Positions 1 to 55,362 of a stretch of DNA of 64,000 bases are shown here, piece after piece (the first letter of the stretch is position 1; every line of letters begins with the position of its first letter). Under the pieces are notes generated by a model. That model made no database searches and was not told where the DNA came from. It was given only the letters and a program-made list of their open reading frames with translations. Position numbers and translations under genes: made by a program. The DNA is from Amoebidium appalachense. Its lineage: Eukaryota; Protista; Ichthyosporea. Location: the NCBI GenBank assembly GCA_963693365.1, contig CAVNZM010000006.1:992001-1056000 (forward strand), read 5' to 3'.

Positions 1-235
1 GAAGAGGGGCCTAGCTCGGCCCCATGATTGGCTGGGTGGAAGCGTAATTTCAGCAGGAGAGGGGGGGGGGGGGGGGGGTTCTTTGGTAAGAAGAGATATA
101 TGTGCAGGATGAATGAAGGATATTTTATGGACTGTTTGGTGTATATCTCGGGGTGGTTGTCTGGTTTGTTGGGGCGGGGGTGGGTGGGTGGGTTTTTGTT
201 TTATTTCTATTATTTTTTTATTTTTTTATTTTTAT

Positions 236-282
<47 letters not shown>

Positions 283-815
283 AAAACGGCTGGGTTACTT
301 TTTTGACGTTCAGTGATTCATTATGTTATGAGAGGGGAGTGTGGAGATGTATATAGATGGGCTGCTGTTGAAGTCATATATGTAGCCACATGGTTGGTCT
401 GAATGATTCGCGTTTGTAATAGTCAAATAGTGGATACAGCTACATACTCTCACTCGAGTGGATACACACCTGTTTTCCTAGCTTTTCTCTTTGAAAAAAT
501 TCATGTACTAAGCAATAATTGGGAAGGATAAAGGTCAGGCAAAGGAGGGTACCTACATACTACCCGAATAACACGTTACTATTTGCAGTAAACGAATGCA
601 CTACCCTGATGAAAGATAAAAACGATGGCGTATTTGAGGTTGCGCGGCCCTGGCCTACCTTTTGAAATTATATTGATGGTTATTAGTGTTCTAAAAGATA
701 TTTATCAAAGATCATGTATACCAATACTGTGTGGTGGCCATACATGCACTCAAGCTTGCCTCAGCAGAAATAACCTGAACGGAAGTCCCCCCCACCCCCA
801 CCCCCACCCCCCCCC

Positions 816-903
<88 letters not shown>

Positions 904-1099
904 ATATTTAACATGCCGACCAGCTTCTAGATTCCTCAAAAGAAACGATAATGGCCCTGTGAGACTCTCCCTAGATGTGATACAATCACGGCGCAAACAC
1001 ACAATGTACACACAGCTTATGTGCCTGCACATCTTGAAGTTATGGACCTTAAGCACGTGCTTTAAATCGGATCCTGCTTTTCTCTCACAGTAACACCCA

Positions 1100-1232
1100 C
1101 CCATGCACATTTTATATAAGCACACACACCCATACAGCATCTTGTATAAGCAGACACATCCATATTCGCATCTTGTACAAAAACACACACCCATACAGCC
1201 ATACTCACATCTTGTAAAGCGCACACACCCAC
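1100..1232. repeat. Degenerate short tandem repeat (~30-40 bp, ~4 copies)
   Basis: Recurrent cacacacccata...catcttgta motif. Confidence 0.55.
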
Positions 1233-1504
1233 TCAAACTTCGAGTCCAACGGGTGCCTGCAGTTGTTCCAAATTCTCTTCCCCCCTCCTCCCCCTCCCGC
1301 GCCTCCCCCCCCCCGCCCCCCCCCCCCCCGCCTCCCCCCCACACACACACACACGTACACACACAAACACGCACACCAAACGCACGCACACGCACACACT
1401 CTCGCTCTCTTCTGTCCCAGACTGTCGTTTGCCTTCACATCCCTCAGTGCGGCACATCGGGCAATTTGCTGCACCCTTCCGGCTTTGAAGCTGCTACCCA
1501 CCAG

Positions 1505-1542
<38 letters not shown>

Positions 1543-1684
1543 ACCACCACCACCACCACCACCACCACTACCACCCACCCTCCCACACACACACATGTAC
1601 ACGCTCTCTCACAATTTCTCCAAGTTCATTCCCCTGTGCCCACCACCCGGCCTAGTTTCGTGCACGCCCTCCCTACAGACGGAT

Positions 1685-1748
<64 letters not shown>

Positions 1749-1922
1749 GCCCCCCCAATCCTCCGGCCCCCCTCCCCTCCCCTCCCCTCCCCCCATCCGC
1801 CCACCCTCACCACCCTGCCCTGAGGCTCCTCCTCTTCAGCCATTCCCATTCATCTGTCTCTGCACAGCCACATCCTATAGCAATTCCCCTTCGTAAAATT
1901 TCCCTGTGCACCGGTACCGTTG

Positions 1923-1963
<41 letters not shown>

Positions 1964-2905
1964 CCCCCCCTTCCCCTTCCCCCGGCCCCTTTCCCCCCCC
2001 AAACGCTCAGCCACACAAGTACACTTACGTAACACCCCAACACCCACGTGCACGCTACACATCTCCATGACATGCATCCCTTATGTTTTCTGTTGCTCTC
2101 TATTTTATACCCATACCTAGGTAGGTAGCACGTGCATAGTATTGCCTAAGCACACGGGCACAATACTGAAGAACATGTGTATATGATGAGGCATTGTGGT
2201 CATGTGTAATAATTTTTAATGGTGCAATCTTATTGGCTGGCATGCTACCAGCCGTCAGCTTGGCCTGCCAAGCCCCACCAACAAATACAGTCGACTCAAT
2301 ACATAATCATGATCATGAGATCTCTGTTTTGCTAGTTACAGTTTTGAAAATTTGATCCCCCCGTTCACCACCTTCACTCCCTTTCGTCACCCCCCCCGCT
2401 CCTCCCCCCCCCCCCCCCCCCCCCTCTCCCTCCCCTCCCTCCCTTCCGGGACCCCCTCTTGTAGCCTCCACAAACACACATTCACAACGCGCCTACATTC
2501 CCCGATGCTTGAATACATAGAATACACACTACCTGACACGGGTATATACTTCAATCTATAATACGTTGTTACATTCATTCATCCTACCGTTAAGCTTCGC
2601 CCAAGCCACCACGACTGTGTTACGTAAAACGTGCATCACCAACTTGCGCAAAAGCACTTGCTCACCCAAGACGTGTGTGACCTTACCCATCTTAAAAACT
2701 TAAATCCGCGGCAGAAAAAACACACCAAAGACCATTGAAACCACGACTAGCAACTCTAGTCAACGTGTTAGATCATGTGGTATCGATGCTGACATCACGC
2801 ACTTCACCAAAAGGATTTTGAAGCATAAAACTGACTGGGCTAGTCTTCCAGATGTGTGTGTGTGTGAGCGTGTGTGTATACGTTGTGTGTGTTGTGTGTA
2901 TACAA

Positions 2906-2938
<33 letters not shown>

Positions 2939-3157
2939 GGGTGTGGGTGTGGGTGTGGGTGCGGGTGTGTGTGTGTGTGTGTGTGTGCACGTGTATTCGT
3001 GTTCATCTCATTGTCCGATCGGTGGTAACCAGTCGCACAAAACATTAATCATACCCCATACATAACTGCAACAAACCCAATGCTATCAACAGCAACAGAA
3101 CAAAAAATGCCCTAAAAATCCAGTATACCCCGCCCGCGCTTATTCAATACGGCAGCC

Positions 3158-18003
<14,846 letters not shown>

Positions 18004-18349
18004 GTTCACGACCGAACAGGGCCTCAGCCCTCAATAAAGATATCAAAGCCTTAGAAAGTTGTAAGATTGCTCCATGTAGTGAAATAGTAAGACTTGAGGG
18101 AGATATGGTGCTGAAAGGTTCTGCCCTTCCCCATGCGCACACTACTATCTCAAGCGTGCACACGGATTCCTACAGTCAGAATTGTAAACGACCACCCTTC
18201 TCTGGGACGTTAGCCAAAGCGACTGTCATATACCTAGCTGCTAAATGACATATTCACACAAAACTATGTAGCAGGGTTTATATCTCTAACTCGACACACT
18301 ATTCTCTCCTTAGTCTTGCTTGCGCGCGGCGTTGCGGCGTCACGAGCAG

Positions 18350-18515
18350 TGTTCCATCTGATTCGTCAACAGTCATGATTTGTGATAACCGGCAGATGGT
18401 TTTGGGAATGGCGGGAGAATTTGCCCAATCATAGAGGTGATCCTATCAGCTTAGCAACTGGGCTGGTGGCATCTGATTGGCTTCTGGCAGTTTTAGTTTT
18501 CTGATTGGCAAAATA
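18350..18515. promoter_or_regulatory. Putative CCAAT-box cluster upstream of the GT8 fusion gene
   Basis: CCAATC at ~18425 and CTGATTGG at ~18473 and ~18501, in repeat-free sequence 350-500 bp upstream of ATG 18003. Confidence 0.35.
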
Positions 18516-18720
18516 AACACTCGTTGGAACGCAATAGCCGGGGGTCCCTGCGCCTGTGAACTTGAAACTTTGAAACTTTGGCCCTGCCAGCGAGAAGGTG
18601 AGTTCATCTCAGTTTCTTGCACATGGCCGCTTGAAAAGTGAAATCAGTGGAAACATGTCAGAATGTGGACACCTGCAGCAAACGTGTGTCCACGTATATG
18701 TGCATACACACACACATACA

Positions 18721-18780
<60 letters not shown>

Positions 18781-18791
18781 CACACACACAC

Positions 18792-18844
<53 letters not shown>

Positions 18845-19456
18845 GTACACACACACACACACACACACTCACTCACGCACGCACACGAATGCACGCTCAC
18901 GCACGAACGCCTGATGCACATGTACGTGTTCACAGACGCACACGCCGCGCACGCACACGTCCACATACGCTATTACACGCATGCACCCAGAAGTACACTG
19001 GCAAACAGGAGCAACTGGCCCCAGCTAGGCAGCCGCTTGAATTCGAAGCTTATTGTGGCAACCAATGTCAGTGGCAAAACACAAAAGTTTACGAACAAGA
19101 AAAGGCGGGGAATTCCCTCTTGTCAATATTGCTTAAAGACTTGAGCCATAGCATCGTTATAAGGGCAAGGTCAATAGAGAAAGAAAAAGTAAACGAAGCA
19201 ACTCGAAGGACGAGTCTCAGTTAAAAAGAATGTGGCACATGTGTTTTGTTGGGTGATAGCGCGGTGGCGGCTGTTGTGATGATAGTGGTGGTCGTGGTTG
19301 ACAGTGAGGTGTGTTGTGTGCGTGTGTGTGCGTGTGTGTGCCCTGTGCCCAGTTATGCAATTGGGCAGGATGAGCGTTTGTGTGGGTAGGAGCAGCAGGG
19401 GCATGGAGGGGAAGCGAGGCGTTTTGGGAGAGGGTGGGGTGTGTGTGTGCGTGTTT

Positions 19457-19517
<61 letters not shown>

Positions 19518-19605
19518 GGGGGCTCCGGGCCATGCCTCAAGGATAGTTCACGGTTCTCACGCTCGTCATTTCATTCATGATAATTTGTGCTATGCAAGGG
19601 GCTGA

Positions 19606-21415
<1,810 letters not shown>

Positions 21416-22379
21416 GTTGGCGCAGGTTGAGGGGTGGAGAGGGTGGGAATGAACAAAGCTTTGCTAGCCTACAGTGTAAGCGCCTCGGGCTCACATTTAT
21501 GCCCAAGCAAGCAGGCAGAGACTTTGCGTGGTAAGAAGAGGGCGGGATTAAACTGTTTCATGACTCAGATAAGAAGAAACTCTCACAGAGAAGCTGAGTC
21601 AGTATACAGTTGTGTTAAACCGGCGAAATAGGGACCCTCTTTTATTCAATAAAAAGGCTCTGTTAGTCTAATTTAAAGACAGTAGCTTTATATGTTATTT
21701 TAAACAATCAACAGTCGATCAGTGGAAATAAAATCACTTGTAGTTATGGTCCAGAATTCTGAATCGGGTTTGCTGACTCGCTTTTTTTGCTTCTGCCCGT
21801 GTTGCAAAGTGTATGCTGTTGAACTAGTTTTGTGTTCGGTTGTGTAGCTTACGCTTAGCCCTTTCTTTTTGTTATTGAACTAGCTTGGAACAAGCTTGCC
21901 ATAGTCAACCTCGTTATTGGGAGGCACAGTTAGCTTCTGGTGGTGAACTTATGACCTGGAGCCAACCCTACCTACAGGTATGTGGTGTCCGCAGTCCGAC
22001 AGTTGTGTGATCACGGAAGGAATGTTGACGACGGGAGGATAGCTTTTTGTGGGTGTATATTAATGCCGAAGGCCTACCGAGCTGAGTCTTTGAACAACTC
22101 ATAGGTCGAGCGTGCCTCTTCTTATAACGCTTCCCGTACATTCGGGAGTGAAAAACACATTGCATTCTTATGTGGTGGCAGGCACCGTCCCACCCAGTTT
22201 CTTGCTCCTGAGGATCGCATATAGCTATTGTTTGCTGAAACAACTTAGAGCTCCTTGTAAGTTTGTGGGGTGCTATTCATTTTGCATGTGCTCTGCTTTC
22301 TGGCTTACAGCACATTGTGGCAGGAGAATAATCCATGTCGTTTCTCACAGGTGTCCTGCCTTTTTGGCAATTGTAAACA

Positions 22380-35982
<13,603 letters not shown>

Positions 35983-36371
35983 GGGTATTTTATCCAATGA
36001 GAATTGTGAGTTTTTGTGGTGCAGTGTATGTATAGGTAGTGGTGGTGCAGTTGTATGGAGGATTTACAGAATGCTATGTGGCGGGTAATAAAAACATTGT
36101 GTAATGATGTGTTGTTTGGTGTTTGCATGTGTGCTGTTAAGGAAAGAATGTGACAACATCGAGATTACTCGACATGTACTCTGTATTTTTGACTGCGGCT
36201 TTTCACTTTCTTCGTCCGTAAATGCCAAGGGTGTCCGTAAATGCCAGGGGGGTCTTTTAGCTATGCCTGAATATTTTTGATACCTAACTACCAATGAAAA
36301 CTAATGTTTGTGTCAAGCTTCGAATAAAGGATCAATGGTTGACTGAGATAACGAAAACATCCCCCCTCCCC

Positions 36372-36424
<53 letters not shown>

Positions 36425-37805
36425 AAAAAGCACGCACACAAATACACATACTGTAATATGTACACACACCTGCGCTCGCACGCGTTGTGAAGTAGAAAGC
36501 AAAGACATGCACACTTTTTCTCTCTTTTTTTGACTCCCTCCCTCCTTCCCCCCTCCCTTCCCCCCTCCATCCATCCATCTCTCCCTCCCCCTCCCTCCGT
36601 CCATCCCTAGCCTACTCCGAGGCTCTACCTCTCTCTCTCTCCTCCCCCCCCCCTCCCCCCCCCCCGCCCCCCCCCCCTTCCTTCCCTCCCTTTTCCCATA
36701 AGTTTCTCTCTCACTTTGGTTCCTGCGATGGATATACCCCGCACCTAATTGGGTAAAACACGCTCCGCTGACATAGAATTCAAGGTGGGGAAACGATTCG
36801 ATCCCCGTGCGACATAAAGAGCCGTCAGGCCCCTTAGTTAAAATGGGGGGGGGGGGGGGGCATTTAAGGCCCAGACAGGCATCTCATTAGATTCTACATA
36901 GGGTTATGGTTATGGTAAATGTTCAGAATGTTTTATTGTCACGGTGGTATATACTCAAATGCCGTTTTTGTTAGCGGTTTATATATGTGGGGACTCACCT
37001 TATATATCTGGGGGCCTGCTTCCAGTGCATCCCCCCCCCCCCCGGGCCCTTTCTTCTCCAACGTTAACCACCCACCCACCCACCCACCCCCACCCCGACT
37101 CCCAGCCCCCACCCATACACCACAGCCTGGGCCGCCTGCACAGCAATGAGCACATTCATGCCTCTGTCGACCTTCCGCTCAAAATAACCCAAATCCAAAC
37201 GAAAAAGGGAGATTCTATTGAGTACGAGACTAGGGCCCTTGAGTCAGAAGTCGGTGGACCATGGCTTCGGATTCCGAGCAAGTGCAAGGGCACTGGGAGG
37301 GACCTCCGAGGGGGAAAGGGAGGGCTGGTGGTGGGGCCGGGGGGTGGGTGGGTGGGGAGGGGGGGCTCCTTCACTTTACAGTTGCAACGGTGAAGGCATA
37401 CCGCAGAGAACCGTTTCGGAAAGGTCGAAAGTGGAGTTTGAGAGCCTGCAGATACGTCTGCAACGAAAATCAGTTGTGCACACATGTTTCACCGTGATTG
37501 GACCTACCGTAATTCAATTTGCAATATCATTGACACACAGCAGGATGTTATTGAAAAGTCAGAATCGCTTCCACCCAACCACAGCCAGCAGTTTCGTAAA
37601 AAAGCAGGGGACGTATTTAGCAGTGAACCCTAAACACTGCGGCCCAAGGCATTAAACTTTGCTTTTGAAGAGACTATGGGCTGGGTCAGGCTTGGGCGAA
37701 TGGTTTGAGTGATTGGAAGATGCTCACTTGACTACATCCGCCCTCGAGAACAATCTTGCCCGCCACCACTTACGGACTGCAATACAACAGACCAAGTGGT
37801 GTTGA

Positions 37806-38696
37806 TTGCCTGCTGCCCACAACAGCAGCACGGCAAGACCAGGAAGGTCAAGGCTGGCCATTCCTTGCCTTGCCTGCTGCCCAAAACAGCAGCACGGCAG
37901 TACCAGGAGTGTCAAGGCTGGCCATTCCTTGCCTTGCCTGCTGCCCAAAACAGCAGCACGGCAAGACCAGGAAGGTCAAGGCTGACCATTCCTTGCCTTG
38001 CCTGCTGCCCAAACCAGCAGCACGGCAAGACCAGGAAGGTCAATTGCAAGGCTGGCCATTCCTTGCCTTGCCTGCTGCCCAAAACAGCAGCACGGCAAGA
38101 ATTGCAAGGCTGGCCATTCCTTGCCTTGCCTGCTGCCCAAACCAGCAGCACGGCAAGACCAGGAAGGTCAAGGCTGGCCATTCCTTGCCTTGCCTGCTGC
38201 CCAAAACAGCAGCACGGCAAGACCAGGAAGGCCAATTGCAAGGCTGGCCATTCCTTGCCTTGCCTGCTGCCCAAAACAGCAGCACGGCAATACCAGGAGT
38301 GTCAAGGCTGGCCATTCCTTGCCTTGCCTGCTGCCCAAAACAGCAGCACAGCAAGACCAGGAAGGTCAAGGCTGGCCATTCCTTGCCTTGCCTGCTGCCC
38401 AAAACAGCAGCACGGCAAGACCAGGAAGGTCAAGGCTGGCCATTCCTTGCCTTGCCTGCTGCCCAAAACAGCAGCACGGCAAGACCAGGAAGGTTAAGGC
38501 TGGCCATTCCTTGCCTTGCCTGCTGCCCAAAACAGCGCTCAGCACGGCAAGACCAGGAAGGTCAAGGCTGGCCATTCCTTGCCTTGCCTGCTGCCCAAAA
38601 CGGCAGCACAGCAGCACGGCAAGACCAGGAAGGTCAAGGCTGGCCATTCCTTGCCTTGCCTGCTGCCCAAAACAGCAGCACGGCAAGACCAGGAAG
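37806..38696. repeat. Tandem satellite, ~14 copies of a 64-bp unit
   Basis: Unit gcctgctgcccaaaacagcagcacggcaagaccaggaaggtcaaggctggccattccttgcctt. Some copies carry an extra attgc insertion or the variant ccaggagtgtc. Confidence 0.97.
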
Positions 38697-39448
38697 CAGG
38701 AGGTCAGCCTCGAGCTCTCAGCTCTGACAGACGAGCGGCCTTGCTTGGCAGACGGCGTGCTGCTCACAGATAACATAATTAGCATTCACGGCCATCGATA
38801 TATCTAGAAACACCCGGATCATATGTCCGTGTTAGCATTAGCATTGCATTTTTGCGCCAAAGCCACGCCATCGGATTGGTCATACGCGCACCATCGACTT
38901 TTTGATCTCCAAAAACTTCCGGAGTTCATATTTGTGGATGTTGGCATTTCAAAAGCGTTTGGTGGGCTTTACATGAGTTTTTACCTGAATAAGGGGTCTA
39001 TTAACCTATTTGCGGCCGCTTTAAAAATTTGTACAGGAAAGTACAATCCACATTGGAAAATCCGTAGTAACCCGTCTATCTGTTTACCGACCTGTCTGTG
39101 TCTCTGTGTGTGCGTGCTCGCCTTCCTTCCCAGTTGTGAGTTGTGTGTTCATAAGAGAGAACAAAGTAAAAAGGAAAGAAAAGTATGGAGGAAAAAGAAG
39201 GGCAAAGGCGATCATAAAGTGATACTTTTTGGGTGTTCCTATGGGCGAGTGCACGGGCAGTAAGCGCGTGGTGAGAGGCGTGTAGAAAGAGATCTTGGCG
39301 TTTCCTTCTTGCATACAACCACAGAAGTGGACACTCTTAGATCCAGATCCGCTTTTCTTATATCTTGTAAGAAAGACCCACAGGACGCCAGCACACCATA
39401 ACGGAAGTTGATACTGCTTCTCCTGGGCGTCAGACCAAAGCTTGGAAA

Positions 39449-50845
<11,397 letters not shown>

Positions 50846-51515
50846 CGGCACTGCTGACAATATGCTCGGTGCCACTTAGCTTGCACCCAGTTTAGTTTCG
50901 TCACGCTTGGTTGGCTTTAAGAATTCTGATATTGTCTTTTCAAACGATAGAATGACCGTACTGAATGAATACCTATTGAGCCTGTAGTAGCAGTTTCTTT
51001 CTGTAAATTTAAAAGCATATGCGAAGGGCCATCGATTATAATAACATAGTGCGAACTAAGATTTCTTTTTTAAAAAAAAAACGGGAACCGTTAGGTACTA
51101 TTATCGGTAGGTGGGAGGGTGCCTTGGAGTGAGAGAGTTTGTGTGTCTGTGTGTGTGCGGGGGACTTGGGGGGAGGGGGGGGGGAGAGGGGGGGGGGGGG
51201 GGGGGGGGGGGGGGTGAGGGAGAAGAAGCAAACCAACTGGACCCACAGCCAGCAAAACAGCTGAGGGCTGGGATGGAAGCATAACACATCATAATTCGTG
51301 ACCATAGGTGCCCATGATGTTTGTCCTGTATTTGTTCTTCTAGCATGATATATGGCATGCTGCTGCGGCAAACCAAAATAAAAATAGTAATGGCGCAGTT
51401 GTGGCTGTCAGTATTGTGACGAGGGTTCCCCGAGGCTGCTGAAACGGTGGTATTTGGGTTGTGTGTTGTCTGGTAGTTCTGGTTGTTGTGTGTGTGTCTG
51501 TCTGTGTGTGTGTGT

Positions 51516-51551
<36 letters not shown>

Positions 51552-52153
51552 GTTACAGGGGGCAGCTCAAGGTGTAAGCCTGAGAGTGAGCAACCGAAGT
51601 GGGTGCAAGCACCGTCTGTACATGTGTTGGAATAGCTGCTTTTTTCTTCTTTTTTTTTTTCCTTCTTCTTTTTTTTTTTTTTGGAGCGGGGGGGGGGGGG
51701 GGGAAGGGGGAAGGGGGGGGGGGGGGGGAAGGGGGGGAAGGGGGGGGGGGGGGGGGGGGAGGAGAAGGGGGCTCCGTTCGGGCCCCTTCTTGTTATGCGT
51801 CTTGTCCTGCGCCGTTACATTTGGGCACCCACTGCCACCTCTCAAGAATAATCTAATGTGCCACTAAAAAAAAATGGGGCTGTAAGCAGATCCACGATAT
51901 ACAGAAATTCGACACAGCATGTGGTTTTTTCCGTAAACATTTGTGGGGTACTAAATTGTCTTTTGACCCGTTTTGCAAGAACCCCAAAACACGGTAACAG
52001 ACCATAAAACCTCTCCGGGGAAGGCAAAAGTGCCAATGGGCAACCTGCAGGGGCTGGTGAGGGCAGCGGGCTGTGTGTGAGCAGGGCGGGGAGGCTATGC
52101 AAAAGGAAGAATGGCAGCGGGGCCGTGGTAGTGGTGGCAAGTGGATGGGTGCT

Positions 52154-52197
<44 letters not shown>

Positions 52198-52300
52198 TTG
52201 GAGCAGAGTTCCGACGGGATTGAGTGGCAGGTACATGGTACCCACGAGGCGGTTGTTAGCCAAGAATATGTAGGGTGGGTGATTTTTTTTTATTTTTTTA

Positions 52301-52331
<31 letters not shown>

Positions 52332-53248
52332 GCGCTGCCGCAGAAGGAAGAAGACCGTAGAAGGTAAAAGCCCTTGGTGTTTGTGTGTGCGTGTGGGGGG
52401 GGTGGGGTGGGGGGGAAAGGAGGGGGAGAGTGGGAAGGGGGGAGAGGGACACAGAAAAAAACAAAATGCCAGCGGGGTTGTGGAACCAGGGAGGGAGAGG
52501 GGGAGGGAGGGGGGAGCGAGAGAGAGGGGGGGGGAGAGAGAGAGAGAGAAAGTGGGAGAGGGGGAGAGAGGAAAGGAAGGGAAGAGAGAGGGAGGCGAGG
52601 GAAGGGAGAGGGAGAGAGGGAAGGGAGGGGCGGGGGAGGGGGGAAGTGAGAGAGTGAGAGAGAGGAAGAGGGAGAGGGAGACGGAAGGGAAAATGCAAGG
52701 GAGAGGAAGGGAGGGAGAGGGAGGGGGCGGGGGGGGAGGGGGGGGGAGAGGGACAGCAAGCCTTTTAACGGGGGGGGGGGGGGGGAGGGGGGAGGGGGAG
52801 GGAGGGGGAGGACGAAAACTTTTCCATGCAGCCACTGAACCAACCAACCACACAAAGCCTCAAGGCAGAGTTAAACCAACCACACAAAGCCTCAAGGCAG
52901 AGTTAAAGGCGGTACCTGTCATGCATAAACGTATTTATTTCCTATTAATCACCGACAAGGCTCAAACTGTTGACATACACAATGACTAGTCACTCTAGAA
53001 CCTATCACTCGCAGCAGCAGAAATCTTAGGCCTATAAAACCGCAAAAATCATTGTACAGAGCAGATATATACAAAGTTCAGAACTATCATCCTACTCACT
53101 GTAACATCTTTTGTCTCTTCCAAAACAGTATGCACCACTTTGAGAGATAACAACAAAAACTCCCAAGCCAAACGGTTATTGGTAAAGCTTGAAAAGCGCA
53201 TACTGTTACACATTTCGCAAAACTGCACCTCGTATCCCCAAGCACAAC

Positions 53249-53638
53249 TCACCTCCCCTCCTCCTTCTTCCCTTTCTTCGCCTCCTCCTTCTCTTTCTTC
53301 ACCTGGCTCTCCTTCTCCTTCATCTTCCTCTCCATATCCATAAACGCCTTCACACTCGGGTCGATGTTTTCCCCATGCCCGGGCTCGCCTGAATTATCTA
53401 CCTGTAAATCCAACAACACGCAGTTTGCGCACCCACTCATGCAGCATAGGTCTTTTGGATCAAAATCTTCCTTAGGAACTCCCGGAGGTGCTTCCAAAGG
53501 TCGGTAACGATGAGCTGTGGAGTTTAAAAAGCGGGTGGAGACAGAGAGAGGAAGATTGGCAGCTGGCGGAGGGGTCTGCTGGCTGAAGCGAAAGAGTGAC
53601 AGCCGGACCGACCGCACAGCTAGTGCGTGGTGCTGCAT
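53249..53638 (-). CDS. OXLD1: Oxidoreductase-like domain-containing protein (OXLD1-like), probably mitochondrial
   Basis: Single-exon 129-aa ORF with an Arg/Ser/Leu-rich N-terminus, the signature CCMSGCANCV and downstream IDPSVKAFMDMERK. Confidence 0.85.
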   Translation of the reverse strand: MQHHALAVRSVRLSLFRFSQQTPPPAANLPLSVSTRFLNSTAHRYRPLEAPPGVPKEDFDPKDLCCMSGCANCVLLDLQVDNSGEPGHGENIDPSVKAFMDMERKMKEKESQVKKEKEEAKKGKKEEGR

Positions 53639-55317
53639 GAATGTGGGGGTGGGGTATGGGTCCGCCCATGTGCATGTACAAATTTGTTTGTAAAGTGCTG
53701 GAAAGGTGTGATAAAGACTTCAGGAAGTGTAGGCGACGGGTTAAGAGGCTTAAATATTTGACGGGACTTAAAACTTAATCTAAGCAAAAAGTTCAAAACA
53801 ACCCACGAATCGACTTGCTTAATTGTCCTTATGCCTTCAAGTATAGGTACTGGCCCATGACTGAGTGTGTCAACCCCTATGTGCCAAACCAGGCGACTTG
53901 AACACTGGCTTCTAAATTCGTGCAGAGTGTTATAAAGCTAACAAATGTCTTTGACCATGAAAGTACTTGAACCCAATACATATAGGTAGGTAACTCCTGT
54001 GTTCCGCAAGGCCTTTTGATCAACGGTTCCACACCCGTGTACCTACTACCTATAGCTATAAATAAATAAAATGAATGACTCGGCTCAGACTCAGTGCTGA
54101 CGTCACCAATTCATAAGATTTATCCATATATGGTAATGCTGCAAAGCTCTTAGGAAGGTGATTGGTTTACTCATCACCCTCGTTGGGCCCCACAACCAAG
54201 ATGACCGTGCCCCCCCCTTCCCCCCCCTCCCCCCTCCTTCCCTGTCACCTACTGAGGTGACTCGTATTTTTCCTTACACACACAGCGAACACTGGACTCT
54301 CGGGACCGTAGAGCCGCCGCGAGAGAAAGCATGCACGCGGTCGCGAGAGTTTAAGGAAAAATAGATGTGAGGCGTGGGTGTGAGAGGGTGTGAGGCGAAC
54401 GGCAAGTTCATAGCAGCCCAGGCACCGTCAGTACGTGCCAGCCTCCTTCCCCTGCGCCCTCAAAACCCAAGCTTTTTAAAAAGGCCGCCGGGCCCAAGGC
54501 CTTCTATATAATAACAATAGGATGCCCGGCGTGCCCTCCTTCGCGAGCGTCACTCCCCTTTCGAATTCCCATAAATTCTTCCTCCCAACCAGCTAAGGCC
54601 TCAAGGATCCCTTGGTGTACAACAAAGCCTCCATCTGCTCTGCTTTCCGATGATCCCCAGAGCTTCTGATGATTCATTTATACACCAGTTAACTCCCTCC
54701 GGCCACAGCATGTCTCCCCCACCCGTTTAGTTCAGACCCCCCCCCCCCCACCTCTACCCCCCCCCCTCCCCCCAGCAAGTAGAGACTTTTTGAAGGTTTT
54801 TGCGGTTTGTTCGGGGATATGAGCAACCCTCCCTTCCGCCCCCTCCCCCCTTCCCGTACCCGCTCGGCTTTGTTTCCATCCCCCCCCTTTTTCTCTCTCT
54901 CTCTCTCTCTTCTTTTCCTCTCTCCCTCTGTCTCTCTCGAGCTCTCTCGAGCTCTCCCCTACCTCCCTCACTCCCTCCCTCCCCCCCCCCCCCCCCCCCC
55001 CCCGCCCCTCCCTCCCTCCCTCCCTCCCTCCCTCTCTCTCCCGCCCCCTTCTCTGCTCTCTCGCATCCCCTCTCCCTTCTCCCCACCTTTCCCCCCGCTC
55101 AACCCTTCCCCCACTGCAAGCATATACACACAACCTAGGTTTGCTCACATCTACACGTATGATGACACAACGGTGTGTGTCTAGCTGAGTTTGTGTCTAT
55201 CTCTCTGTGTGTATATGTCTAGGTGTGTGTGTATATGTGTGTGTGTGTGTGTATGTCACGTACATGCGTGTGCGTGTGTGATGCGTATGCGTGTGCGTGC
55301 GCTTGTGTGTTTGTGTG

Positions 55318-55362
<45 letters not shown>

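Noticed and set aside
900-2700. Possible minus-strand gene (exon-like islands near 930-1060, 1230-1280, 1410-1495, 1610-1675, 1815-1900)
   Set aside because: I could not assemble a phase-consistent model or recognise a motif. Unresolved rather than excluded.
37806-38696. CRISPR-like array
   Set aside because: Contiguous tandem units without unique spacers, no cas genes, eukaryotic context. The same applies to 6528-6995.
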